NCBI GenBank assembly: GCA_965215555.1
Contig: OZ244071.1
Location: forward strand, 3,032,962 to 3,096,961
Direction: 5' to 3'
DNA: 64,000 nt
Source: Dehalococcoidia bacterium
GTDB lineage: Bacteria > Chloroflexota > Dehalococcoidia > Bin125
Part shown: positions 29,883 through 38,959 of the stretch, one piece after another
Layout: each line of letters opens with the position of its first letter
Numbering within the stretch: position 1 is the first letter of the stretch
The notes under the pieces: model-generated
Told to the model about the DNA's origin: nothing
Seen by the model: the letters and a program-made list of their open reading frames with translations, nothing else
Database searches by the model: none
Program-made: the position numbers and the translations under genes

Positions 29883-30719
29883 CTAGAGCTTGAGGCTACC
29901 TTCGGCGACCACGGCGACGACGCCATTGTCCTTCTCGACCCAGCAGGCGATGTTGCGCCGCTCGGGATCTTCCTCGTTGACGCCTTGCAGGACGCCCTTG
30001 ACCGCGACAGCCTCGTTGGGCCAGACGATGTTGGCGAACTTGACCAGCAGCTTGCCCGAGGACTTCCAGGCGTCGCCGAATCGCTGGTCGAGCAGTTCGC
30101 CGATCAGCGACATGGTCATCTTGCCGCCGACAACAACGTCGGTGAAGCCGAGCTCTTCCGACGCTGCCTTGTCAGTGTGGTAGTTCTTGTTGCCGTGGAA
30201 GAACGAGCCGCACATTTCCAGTGAGATCGTGCGCATCAGTGGCCCGAATGCTTCGCCCTCGGGCAGGGAGTAACTCTTCGCTCCCTCTTTCTTTGAAGGA
30301 TCCCTGAGCGTGACCTGGCCTTCGCTCTGGTAGAGGACGAACGACTGGTGATGACGCTGGACCACGGCGACATCGCCCGCCTCATCCTTGAGCACCGTTT
30401 CGGTCAGGATGACGCTGCGGTCGCGTCGTTCGTAGATGTCGAGTGAGCGAGCAGACGCTTCGTAGCTGGCGCCTGGCTTGAGCGGCTTGCGGAAGTCCCA
30501 CTCCTGGCGCAGCCAGAGGTTGCCAAAGTCGTTGGCGTAGTGCATCCGAGTCGAGAGGTCGGCGTTCGCTGCGACCATTGACGGAGCCGTGTCGGCCCCC
30601 TGCGGCAGGTCAAGCTCGAGACCTTCGTAGTAGTCATTCAGTGCGGTGTCATCGACCACGATCGTGGCCGATCCCAGATCGACGCCGGCCTGTGGTTCGT
30701 CGAACTTTGCGATGGTCAT
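29883..30719 (-). CDS. Double hot-dog (MaoC-like) dehydratase
   Basis: Two hot-dog domains; NYHTD..A...GF..VV.G. Confidence 0.8.
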   Translation of the reverse strand: MTIAKFDEPQAGVDLGSATIVVDDTALNDYYEGLELDLPQGADTAPSMVAANADLSTRMHYANDFGNLWLRQEWDFRKPLKPGASYEASARSLDIYERRDRSVILTETVLKDEAGDVAVVQRHHQSFVLYQSEGQVTLRDPSKKEGAKSYSLPEGEAFGPLMRTISLEMCGSFFHGNKNYHTDKAASEELGFTDVVVGGKMTMSLIGELLDQRFGDAWKSSGKLLVKFANIVWPNEAVAVKGVLQGVNEEDPERRNIACWVEKDNGVVAVVAEGSLKL

Positions 30720-30834
30720 CTTCAGGTCCTCTCGGCGGTGGCAAGCTGTTCTTGCTGTTCTTGCAAGTCGTCTCGATGATTCGATTTGATGATAACGAGT
30801 GTCCGGTCAGGCTCAGTCGGGGCCTAGTCGGGGT

Positions 30835-33800
30835 CTAGTCGGGCGCTGGCTGAGACCAATCGATATCGGGCGTCTCCAGGAAGATCCACAATGGCTGATC
30901 CCGGCTGACACTGCGCAGGCTGTTGATTTGCGGCGGCAGGTCTGTGGCGAATACCTGCCACTTCTGAGCATCGACATCCCAGGCATAGGCGCGGAGCGTC
31001 ACCCCGGCCAGTGAGGCGAAGGCGCTGGTGATTCGGGTGTCGGGACCGGACCAGGTGACAAAGTTCCAACCCTGATGCAGGCGCACCACGCGCTCGGCTC
31101 GATACTCGAACGCGTCTGTTGCGATGATCGGTCGAGCTCCACCGAGAAGCAAGGCAATGTCAGTACGTCCGGCAGTTGACTGCGGTGTCGTGACACTCAC
31201 GCACTCGCCGGACCAGAAGTCGACCTGTGCGGGTCGATTGCCAAACCAGACGCGGGGCGAGGATGTGTTGGTCGAGATGCCGACGCCGCAGATCTGAACT
31301 GCCTCGCCACCGTTGATGTAGCCGGTGTCAGGCGTGACGCTGGTGATGGCGCCGGCCGGAGGCTCGCGATGTACCGAGCTCTCTGCCGTCGCTTGTCCTG
31401 CTGACGAGTGCGCGATCACCGAGAACTCGGACGCCATCAGGTCGACACTGACGTGCTCAAAGTCGAAGCGACCGTCGACGACGGCGGTCGATGCGGCGTA
31501 TCGCCTGGTCGCTGGAGGACCGGCGTAGAGGTGGACGAGGGCCGCGTCGCTGGCCTTGCCGCTGACATTCACGCCGGACGCGCTCCAGGTCAACCCGTCA
31601 ATCACCGGCTGAGCAAGGTCCGAATCAATGTTCAGCCGGTTGCGCTGCATCAGGTTGCCCCAGACGAACCGCGTTCCTGATGGCGGTCCCGCCGACGGCA
31701 TGATCCTGACTCCGGCCAGATTGTTGCGGAACAGATTCGCTCCCGTCTGGTGATCACCGGATCGGTCGGCAGCCTGGAGGGTGTCTCGGCTGACTGCACG
31801 AAGGTTGATTGACGTCTCGGCGCCCGCATGGAAGTCGACTCGATGCTCGACTGGCACTCCGTTGACTGCGAAACGTAGTTCGGTTCCGGGCCCGGTTGCA
31901 GTCGCGACGAACCGCGCAGATTCATCGACTGCGACCGCCGCCGCCAGCCGGCGATCGAGATAGAGATTGACAGTCGTGTGAGCCGGCGCTGGCAGTCCAT
32001 CGATGCTGACGGTGCCGTTGAGCGAGTGACTGAGTCCGCTTCGAGGCTGGGGGAACGTTGAGTCAAGCTGTCCGACGGGAATCTGCAGATTGCTTGCTAG
32101 TGTCGGCGCGGGCGGTTCACCCTGGGGGCCGATGTTCACATCGCCGGCATTGGGGAAGATCCGGATACCGGCGCCGCGATTGGAATCGATCATGCTGGCC
32201 GAGATGGAGGCAGACGCACCGTCGATGATCTCGATGCCATGTGTACGGCCCTTCAGCACCATCGATCCGTCGATCGTCGCCTGCTCACCCGCAATCCTGA
32301 TACCGACCTCGTTGGCGTCCACCGTGACCTGGTTGAGTTGACAGGCATCGCCCTCGACCGAGATGCCAACGTCGTTCGCACCGCGCACGGTCAGCCCCCA
32401 GATTTCCGTCTCATCGCCAAGCCGAATGCCGATATCAACCGCGGACGCATTCAATGTCCAGGCGCGACCATCGACGGTGAGTCCGCCTTGCAGGAGTGGC
32501 AACGGCGACTCCAGGCGAACCGTGCGATTGCGGCCATTGGACTGGAACAGGAGGATCGTCGCGTCTCCGTCCAGCGCCTCTCGCAGCGTGCCAGGTCCGC
32601 GGTCGGCAATGGACGTGATCACTGCGATCCGACTGGTCGCTGCCTCGATCGCGGCGTCGGCGTTGATCAATCCAGCTCCGGAGGCTGAATCGTGCCCCTC
32701 AGGTGGGAGGTCTTGCGCAGTGTCGATCAACAGGTCACGGATCAGACGTCGTTCCAGACGTGCAGTGCCTCCGTCTTTGGCTAGTAGCGCCGGTTGCGCC
32801 TCGAGCAACAATGCTGCGACCCCAGCGACATGGGGGGCTGCGGCCGAGGATCCGGAAAATCTGGGCGCGAAGTGCGTGGTGTTCGAGACGGTCACACGGT
32901 CAACGGCGATCAGGTCGGGCTTGGGTGCGCCATTGACCGTCGGTCCACGGCTTGAGTACCGAGCGACAGTGTCCCGGCCGACGTTGATCGCGCCGACCGT
33001 GAGGGCATCTTGCGCGTCAGCCTGGGCCAGGATGCTGCCTGTCGGTGTGCTGTGATGCAATCTCAGTTGCACGCCGGCCGCATGGAAGGCGAAGAGATCG
33101 AATGACACCGGCTCGGCATCGTCGTTGTGATTCTGAATCACAACGTACATCTCCATGGCTTCGCCCTCGTGGACATACTCCAGGTGTTCGCGAGGCATGT
33201 GGCTGTTTGCCCCAATGCCCTGCGTGGTCTCGCTTGAAGCGAGAATCTTCCCATCTCCCGACATCAGGAAGAGGTTGTAGTCATTCGTCGAGCGTCCCCA
33301 TTCGTCATCCCAGAAGAGCGCCAGCCGGATCTGAGAATCCGGTTCGACAGTGAGCGCATTACCGGCCCCGTACAACATGCCCGACCCGGTGGCGCTGCTG
33401 AAACGATGCGTCGCTCCAGGATTGGCGAGGCCGATCGTCAAGCCGTCGGTTCCGGGACGCCATTCGCCGGCCCAGTGCGACTCCGCCCAGTTGCCAGCGG
33501 CGGTGACATATAACCTGATCGGCCAATTGGGATGACGCAATGCTCTCGTGGTATTGACAGATACGTCGCTGCGTTGGTCGGCCGGGAACGCGTAGGAGAC
33601 ATCGTCGACGATGATGTCGACTCGTTGGGCGTAGTAGTTGACGGCGGCGATGTGGTCGAGATCCGTTGTCACGGCGGCGAAGGAAATCTCCGCACCTGGG
33701 GCGAGATCATGAACGATCTCGATCATCACGGTGCCTTCCTGGCCGCGATTGAGTCTGCCGGCGCCAAAGGCCTGAGCATCAGTCAGCTTGGGCGCTTCGC

Positions 33801-34272
33801 CGGCATCCTGGGCCTGTGGTAGCCCAACGATGCCATCAGAGATCACGGCGACGCGAATGCCGGAGCCGTCGACATCGAACCTGGTCCGTGCGGATGCCGC
33901 GTGCAGCGCTTCATCACCCTCGGTCAGAGCGCTGCCGGAGGCGAACCTGCCGTAGTGCGGGGTCTCGGCGGAAATGACACCGTCCAGGCTGCGCAACTCG
34001 TCCAACCGGTGCGACGGAAGCCAACCCTGCCAGCGGCCCAGTTCGGGCACCGATAGCTCAATCTCGAAGCCTGCCTGCTGTAGCAGCAGCTCGATCTCTG
34101 GATCCGAAGGATCCACATGCACGTCGAGGTGGATGCGAGCTTCACCTGACAGGACCGGCGTCGCCTGAATGGCCATTGCCAAAAGCACTGCCAGCAACAT
34201 TGCTAGCAGCAACGTGATCAGCAGGCTCAGGCGCTCGATTCGCCCTACTTGCCAGGTTTGCCCACTGCCCAT
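30835..34272 (-). CDS. Secreted S8 serine peptidase with beta-helix, IPT/TIG and C-terminal surface domain
   Basis: VAVISDG, EGTVMIEIVHD, SSRGPT, FSGSSAAAPHVAG; LHQGWNFVTW tail. Confidence 0.88.
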   Translation of the reverse strand: MGSGQTWQVGRIERLSLLITLLLAMLLAVLLAMAIQATPVLSGEARIHLDVHVDPSDPEIELLLQQAGFEIELSVPELGRWQGWLPSHRLDELRSLDGVISAETPHYGRFASGSALTEGDEALHAASARTRFDVDGSGIRVAVISDGIVGLPQAQDAGEAPKLTDAQAFGAGRLNRGQEGTVMIEIVHDLAPGAEISFAAVTTDLDHIAAVNYYAQRVDIIVDDVSYAFPADQRSDVSVNTTRALRHPNWPIRLYVTAAGNWAESHWAGEWRPGTDGLTIGLANPGATHRFSSATGSGMLYGAGNALTVEPDSQIRLALFWDDEWGRSTNDYNLFLMSGDGKILASSETTQGIGANSHMPREHLEYVHEGEAMEMYVVIQNHNDDAEPVSFDLFAFHAAGVQLRLHHSTPTGSILAQADAQDALTVGAINVGRDTVARYSSRGPTVNGAPKPDLIAVDRVTVSNTTHFAPRFSGSSAAAPHVAGVAALLLEAQPALLAKDGGTARLERRLIRDLLIDTAQDLPPEGHDSASGAGLINADAAIEAATSRIAVITSIADRGPGTLREALDGDATILLFQSNGRNRTVRLESPLPLLQGGLTVDGRAWTLNASAVDIGIRLGDETEIWGLTVRGANDVGISVEGDACQLNQVTVDANEVGIRIAGEQATIDGSMVLKGRTHGIEIIDGASASISASMIDSNRGAGIRIFPNAGDVNIGPQGEPPAPTLASNLQIPVGQLDSTFPQPRSGLSHSLNGTVSIDGLPAPAHTTVNLYLDRRLAAAVAVDESARFVATATGPGTELRFAVNGVPVEHRVDFHAGAETSINLRAVSRDTLQAADRSGDHQTGANLFRNNLAGVRIMPSAGPPSGTRFVWGNLMQRNRLNIDSDLAQPVIDGLTWSASGVNVSGKASDAALVHLYAGPPATRRYAASTAVVDGRFDFEHVSVDLMASEFSVIAHSSAGQATAESSVHREPPAGAITSVTPDTGYINGGEAVQICGVGISTNTSSPRVWFGNRPAQVDFWSGECVSVTTPQSTAGRTDIALLLGGARPIIATDAFEYRAERVVRLHQGWNFVTWSGPDTRITSAFASLAGVTLRAYAWDVDAQKWQVFATDLPPQINSLRSVSRDQPLWIFLETPDIDWSQPAPD

Positions 34273-34365
34273 TGCACGAGATTACTTGAGAACCTTCACT
34301 GGCACAGTTACCGATTCTCGTTTGGCGTTTCGGGCACGCAGCCCTCGTGGATGCCTGCACCTATT

Positions 34366-34609
34366 GAGACTGTCTCAAAAGTCCTAAATCGAGAAAGGGA
34401 GAGAGGGGAATGCGGGTGTTGAGACTGTCTCAAAAGTCCCATTGAGTGGTTGAATCCCAGTCCCCGCCTCGCGCGGGGACCCGCTCGGGCGGCCCGGAGT
34501 ATCTGCCGGTGGGGGTCTCGTGGAGGGAAGGAGCAGGTCCCCGCGTGAAGCGGGGACTGGGAACATCGTGTTCTGAGGCATCATGTTGTGAGACTGTCTC
34601 AAAAGTCGG
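34366..34609. repeat. Three direct copies of GAGACTGTCTCAAAAGTC; the last two bound a ~180-bp MITE
   Basis: Copies at 34366, 34421, 34590; interior 34421-34600 matches 4331 and 51911-52258. Confidence 0.85.
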
Positions 34610-34615
34610 ATAACG

Positions 34616-34649
34616 AGAGGGGGCGGGGCCATTTGGCCCCGCCCCCTCT
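34616..34649 (-). terminator. Perfect 16-bp hairpin downstream of 34682-35260
   Basis: AGAGGGGGCGGGGCCA-TT-TGGCCCCGCCCCCTCT; no clear U-tract. Confidence 0.65.
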
Positions 34650-34681
34650 GATTTGGACAGGATTGTCGGGTTGCGCGAAGA

Positions 34682-35260
34682 CTACGCCCGGTTGCGGACT
34701 CGGCGCAGGCCGAGACCGGCTGCTGCGGCGATGCTCAGCGCGATCAGCAGGCCAATCAGCCCAGCCGAAACACCGCTGCCGTCAGCGAGACCACCGCTAC
34801 CCGTACCCGGGTACTCGGTGTCGCCCATGTGCGTGTCGCCGTCGTCCATCATGGAGTCGCCGTCTTCCATCGAACCCTCTTCACCGTCGAGGTCCTCCAT
34901 GCTGTCGCCTTCGTCCATGGAGTCTTCCATGGCCATGGCCGTGACGACGACCTCGGTCAGGTCTGCGCCTTCCTGGCTGACCTCGGCGTCGGCCGACTTG
35001 CCGTTGAGCGTGAATGTCACGCCCTCCACCGCGTCGCGGTCCACGTCGATGTACCAGGAGCCGTTCTCGTCGACCGTGGTCGAGGCAATCTCGTCGCCCA
35101 TGTCGTCGACTACTCCGATGGTGTCACCGGCGGTCGCGCCATGTCCGTAGAACCGGTGGGGTGGTTCCTGTTGCGCCGAGGCCAGGCTCAACGTTGCAAT
35201 AGCAACAGCGAGCCCCAACACCAACGCTGCAACCCTCGACATCAGTCTGTGCTGTTTCAT
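34682..35260 (-). CDS. Secreted surface protein with Met/Asp-rich linker and sortase-like tail
   Basis: Signal peptide ASA-QQ; YPGTG + TM + RRVRNRA; GAAAGGA RBS. Confidence 0.8.
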   Translation of the reverse strand: MKQHRLMSRVAALVLGLAVAIATLSLASAQQEPPHRFYGHGATAGDTIGVVDDMGDEIASTTVDENGSWYIDVDRDAVEGVTFTLNGKSADAEVSQEGADLTEVVVTAMAMEDSMDEGDSMEDLDGEEGSMEDGDSMMDDGDTHMGDTEYPGTGSGGLADGSGVSAGLIGLLIALSIAAAAGLGLRRVRNRA

Positions 35261-35290
35261 CTCAGCATTCCTTTCTCAGGAATCCAATTC

Positions 35291-35390
35291 CCCCGCGCAT
35301 GCGGGGGTCTGTTCCCGTCCCACACCCCTCGACAAGCGAGGGGTGTGGGATCCGATCCCCTCTCCCTCTGGGAGAGGGTTAGGGTGAGGG
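35291..35390. repeat. Hairpin cluster including a CCCTCTCCC-type REP
   Basis: CCCTCTCCCTCTGGGAGAGGGTTAGGGTGAGGG; relatives at 58338, 6688, 22451, 37533, 59325, 60971. Confidence 0.7.
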
Positions 35391-35393
35391 TCC

Positions 35394-37430
35394 CTAGTTG
35401 CTGATGTAGAGGATGTCGCTCTTCGTGACCATGAAGTCACTCGAGCCCGGCACCATCGCGCCATCGACGACCGAGTAGCGAACCCACATGCGGTTGCTGT
35501 TCAGGTGCAGAGCAGTCGCGCCACGAGAGCTGATCCAGTCGAAGATCTCGGAGGCCGAGGCTTCAACATCGCAGGTCCAGGTCGAGAACCCACTGAGGCT
35601 GCTAATGCAACTCAGGCCAGCCTCTTCCTCTGGCATGGCTTCCGGCTCCTCGGCGCCGACACTGCTCTCAACGCGCTCCGCGTCTCGACCTGTTCCGGCG
35701 ATTGCGGACACGACTGAGCGGCCGGGTCCAACCACGACAAACGTAGCGGTGGCCTTGCCATCCTTGGTCATCACTTCACCGTCAGCATCGGTGTTGACCA
35801 AGATTTGGCCCATACCGCTCGCAGAGAACGTAACGGGAGTGTCGTCCGCTACGGGGTTACCCGAACCATCAGCCATGTCGGTAACAGTCGCTGTCGCCGT
35901 AATGAACTCGTCATCGCCACTCGGAGTTGAGTTGTCGATTGTCAATGCGACGTGTGCGGCTCCACCGGAGACTACGAAGTCGACTGTGGCTGTGTCCTTC
36001 GTGCCAAGCTTGACTTCCAGGGTGTACATTCCAGCGTCGGCCTTCGCGGCGGTACCCGTCGAGAGCGTGATCACCACAGCGGTGGTGATGTTGGTGTCAT
36101 CGTCCGTGTCTTCCGTGCCCTTGGTGTCTTGCTTCTGCGCTTCGGTTGCCGTGATGTTCTTGGCAGCGTTGCCTTCGCTATCCAAGACCTTCACGCTTGT
36201 GATTTGCAGAGGTGAGATTGCAGCGGGACTTCCGGCGTCGTCCATCGCGGTAACTTCGACTGTGATCTCGTCTTCACTCTGACCGAGCTGGTCGCTCGGG
36301 TCACCGAGGTTGATGGCTTCAGCGTCACCGGTAAAGACCAATTCAACCTCGTTAGTCTTGACATCGCCAGCCGTACCGACCACGGTAGCGCTCACAGCAA
36401 CCACACCTGGAGTAGCGCGGTGAACGGAGAACGCCTTGGTAGCGCCAACCTCATCACCCGCCACATCAGTGTTCTCCGTGTACGTTTCGGTGTTCAGCTT
36501 TGTCGTACCGTCAATCGTCCCGCCAACAGCGAACACGATTACCTGAGAAACATCACCTGGGTTGGACTTTTCGCCCAGCGAGTTTAATGATGTGACGACC
36601 AGGTGGATGGTGGAACCCTTAGGCTTTGTTGTCTTGTCTGGACTTCCATTGGGATCAACAGCAGTACCGTCCGCGTTCACGTTGTTCGGACCCAGCGTAG
36701 CCGAGGCCAGTCCAGTTCCGGGGTCGCCGATCGTCAATACGAACGATGTGTCGGTGACATCTTTCGTGGCATCAGCGTCTACACCGTCGTGATCAGCCAC
36801 AAAGGTCAGCGTGTAGGAACCCAGCGGCGCACCGGCAGTTAGCACGGTGAACGTAGCAGTCTTCCCCGTGACGACGCCCTCAGTGTTGACGGCAGCGCTG
36901 GTGTCGAGGGTCTGCGACTGGGTAGTTCCGTCAGGGGTTGCACCATCGATGTCAGTCTTGACAAGCGAGAGCCCTGTCGTCGGCACTGTCAGGGTGACCG
37001 TGCTGTTAGCTGTCTGAGAGTTCAGGGTCGCCGTGACTTCAACGCGAGTTCCCGCCTTGACGGTGTTGTCACTGTCGTCGGATTCGATCTTGGCAAAACC
37101 GAAAGGCAAGACAGTGACCTCGTAGGTCTTCGTTGCCAGGGCGGTCGTGTCCGTGGTGTCAGCGTCAACCATCGTGACGATCGTGGTACCTGCACTAACG
37201 CCAGTGACGATTAGATTCGGCGATTGGTAGTCCGCTGTCGCAACTGCCACGTTGTGGCTATTGGCGCCCACCTGAACTACGTATCCATCACCAACTGCGA
37301 TGTTTGCTGAATCTTGGCCAACCTCGACCGAAACTTGGCCAGTTGCAGCACTCGCCGACCCCATGGCCACGAACATCGCCCCGACCAGGGCGATCATTAC
37401 CGCCACGGCCGACAAGTGAGACAGTCTCAC
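35394..37430 (-). CDS. Large Ig-like/S-layer-like surface protein
   Basis: Signal peptide ending SASA, Thr/Ala/Asp-rich beta repeats, Big_1-like segment; GTG start sits on the repeat boundary with no evident SD. Confidence 0.8.
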   Translation of the reverse strand: MRLSHLSAVAVMIALVGAMFVAMGSASAATGQVSVEVGQDSANIAVGDGYVVQVGANSHNVAVATADYQSPNLIVTGVSAGTTIVTMVDADTTDTTALATKTYEVTVLPFGFAKIESDDSDNTVKAGTRVEVTATLNSQTANSTVTLTVPTTGLSLVKTDIDGATPDGTTQSQTLDTSAAVNTEGVVTGKTATFTVLTAGAPLGSYTLTFVADHDGVDADATKDVTDTSFVLTIGDPGTGLASATLGPNNVNADGTAVDPNGSPDKTTKPKGSTIHLVVTSLNSLGEKSNPGDVSQVIVFAVGGTIDGTTKLNTETYTENTDVAGDEVGATKAFSVHRATPGVVAVSATVVGTAGDVKTNEVELVFTGDAEAINLGDPSDQLGQSEDEITVEVTAMDDAGSPAAISPLQITSVKVLDSEGNAAKNITATEAQKQDTKGTEDTDDDTNITTAVVITLSTGTAAKADAGMYTLEVKLGTKDTATVDFVVSGGAAHVALTIDNSTPSGDDEFITATATVTDMADGSGNPVADDTPVTFSASGMGQILVNTDADGEVMTKDGKATATFVVVGPGRSVVSAIAGTGRDAERVESSVGAEEPEAMPEEEAGLSCISSLSGFSTWTCDVEASASEIFDWISSRGATALHLNSNRMWVRYSVVDGAMVPGSSDFMVTKSDILYISN

Positions 37431-37472
37431 ATGAGACTGTCTCAAAGTCGGATATCGAGAATGGGGCGGGGC
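37409..37472. repeat. Back-to-back GAGACWGTCTC ends separated by ACAT
   Basis: CCGACAAGTGAGACAGTCTC-ACAT-GAGACTGTCTCAAAGTCGGATATCGAGAATGGGGCGGGGC. Confidence 0.85.
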
Positions 37473-37721
37473 TCAGCGCGACACGTCATGTCTGGCGTTG
37501 GGAGGTTGCTCGACGTGTCCCCTCCGCCTTCGGCACCTCCCCCAGTGGGGGAGGAATGTGGGGGTGTCATGCGCGGTGGCGGCGGTGGAATCGGCGAGGT
37601 TCCGCGGCAAGCGCGGGAATGACGACGTGGAGCCTGGAATGACGATTGGTATGCGATCCAGACCGAGGTGTTCTGTTCTTCGAGCGGTTGCTGGTCGGAC
37701 TGCCCAGATACACTCAGACCT

Positions 37722-38909
37722 GTGACATGGTCCCTGGCGTTGCGCAATGGGTTTGCCTGGTGGTTGCCAATCCTGGCGGCGGCTGTGGCTGCGCTGATCG
37801 CGGTGATGGCCTCTCAGTCGTCAGTCGACGCCTGGGACGCCGATGTCCACCTGTGGGCGCGGGAAGGTCGGACGGCGTCGGAGTATGCGGCGCTGGTCAT
37901 GGATCGATCCGTCCAGGAGTCGGCGACATCGAGCATGCTGGCCAGCGCAGACGGGCTACCGCAGCTTGACGGCGTGGCCGTCAATGTGACTGACACCCTG
38001 ATTCGGGTCACGGTGAGAGCATCGCGGCAGTCGGACGCTGAGGCACTGGCCTTGTCGCTGGCGCACGCCGCGGTGGATGAGGCATATGTCCGCTACGGCG
38101 ACGAAGCAGGACTCGACCTGCTCGGTCTGGTCCGACCGGGCGCACGCAAAGTGGCCCCTTCGACCGGATGGACAGCGGCGTGGGCCTCGGCGATTGGCCT
38201 GGCCGCAGGGCTCGCATTCGCCTGGGTGTTCGCGCGACGACAATCGAGTGGTCCAACAACAGCTCTGGGCCAGTTGGGCCGCATCGGTCTCAAGCCGCTG
38301 GCGGTGGTCTCTGCTGAAGCCGAGCAGACGGCAGGTCAGGTAACACATCAGGTTGGGCAGCAGTCGTCCGTGCTGACGGTCTCGGCCACCCAGGAGCGCG
38401 GATCGGCCCGCGATGACGCCGTCTTCATCGCCAATGCTCTCAATCCTCTCTCCGGCGTGATTGCGCTGACGCCGCTCGATGACGCCTCGGCGGTCACCTC
38501 GACACTGATTCAGACCGCGCAAACGCTCGCTGCCCGCGGGAACTCCGTGATTTGGCTTGATAGTCGGCGTCCAGCGTTTGAATTGAGCTACTCGACACCT
38601 CCAAACTGGCTGGCCGGCGCGTCATGGAGTGTGGTTGACCGGTCCGAGATGATTCTGCGCGGAGCGTTCCGCGCCGTTCGTCCCAAGGGCTACGTCTTGC
38701 TGCTGACCGATTCCCTCGAGGACGAGTCCACGCTCAACGTTGCGCCTGCGACTGCCGGCGTGGTCTTGATGGCGCGAGCCGACGTCTCGGAAGAGGAACT
38801 GGTGCGAGCGCGACTGTTGCTCGGGTCGTCGCGCCTGCTGGGAGTCGTGCTGACGCAGGCGCAGTCGCTCGATCTGCGTGACTTTGAATTGGCGCAGATG
38901 ACGGAATAG
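37722..38909 (+). CDS. Wzz/Wzc-like chain-length determinant with degenerate kinase-like domain
   Basis: Two TMs flanking an extracellular loop; C-terminal LAARG.SV..LD and LLGVVL, with no intact Walker A. Confidence 0.55.
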   Translation: MTWSLALRNGFAWWLPILAAAVAALIAVMASQSSVDAWDADVHLWAREGRTASEYAALVMDRSVQESATSSMLASADGLPQLDGVAVNVTDTLIRVTVRASRQSDAEALALSLAHAAVDEAYVRYGDEAGLDLLGLVRPGARKVAPSTGWTAAWASAIGLAAGLAFAWVFARRQSSGPTTALGQLGRIGLKPLAVVSAEAEQTAGQVTHQVGQQSSVLTVSATQERGSARDDAVFIANALNPLSGVIALTPLDDASAVTSTLIQTAQTLAARGNSVIWLDSRRPAFELSYSTPPNWLAGASWSVVDRSEMILRGAFRAVRPKGYVLLLTDSLEDESTLNVAPATAGVVLMARADVSEEELVRARLLLGSSRLLGVVLTQAQSLDLRDFELAQMTE

Positions 38910-38959
38910 CGGTATCCACAGGGATAGCGTCCCGCGCAAGCATCCCAGGAGTCCCGCTC

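Noticed and set aside
30811-30843. 11-bp tandem repeat at the S8 peptidase stop codon
   Set aside because: Three imperfect copies, most simply slippage, with no functional signal.
34366-34609. Possible CRISPR array
   Set aside because: Only three 18-bp copies with very unequal spacing (55 and 169 bp periods), the interior is a MITE, and no cas genes are present.
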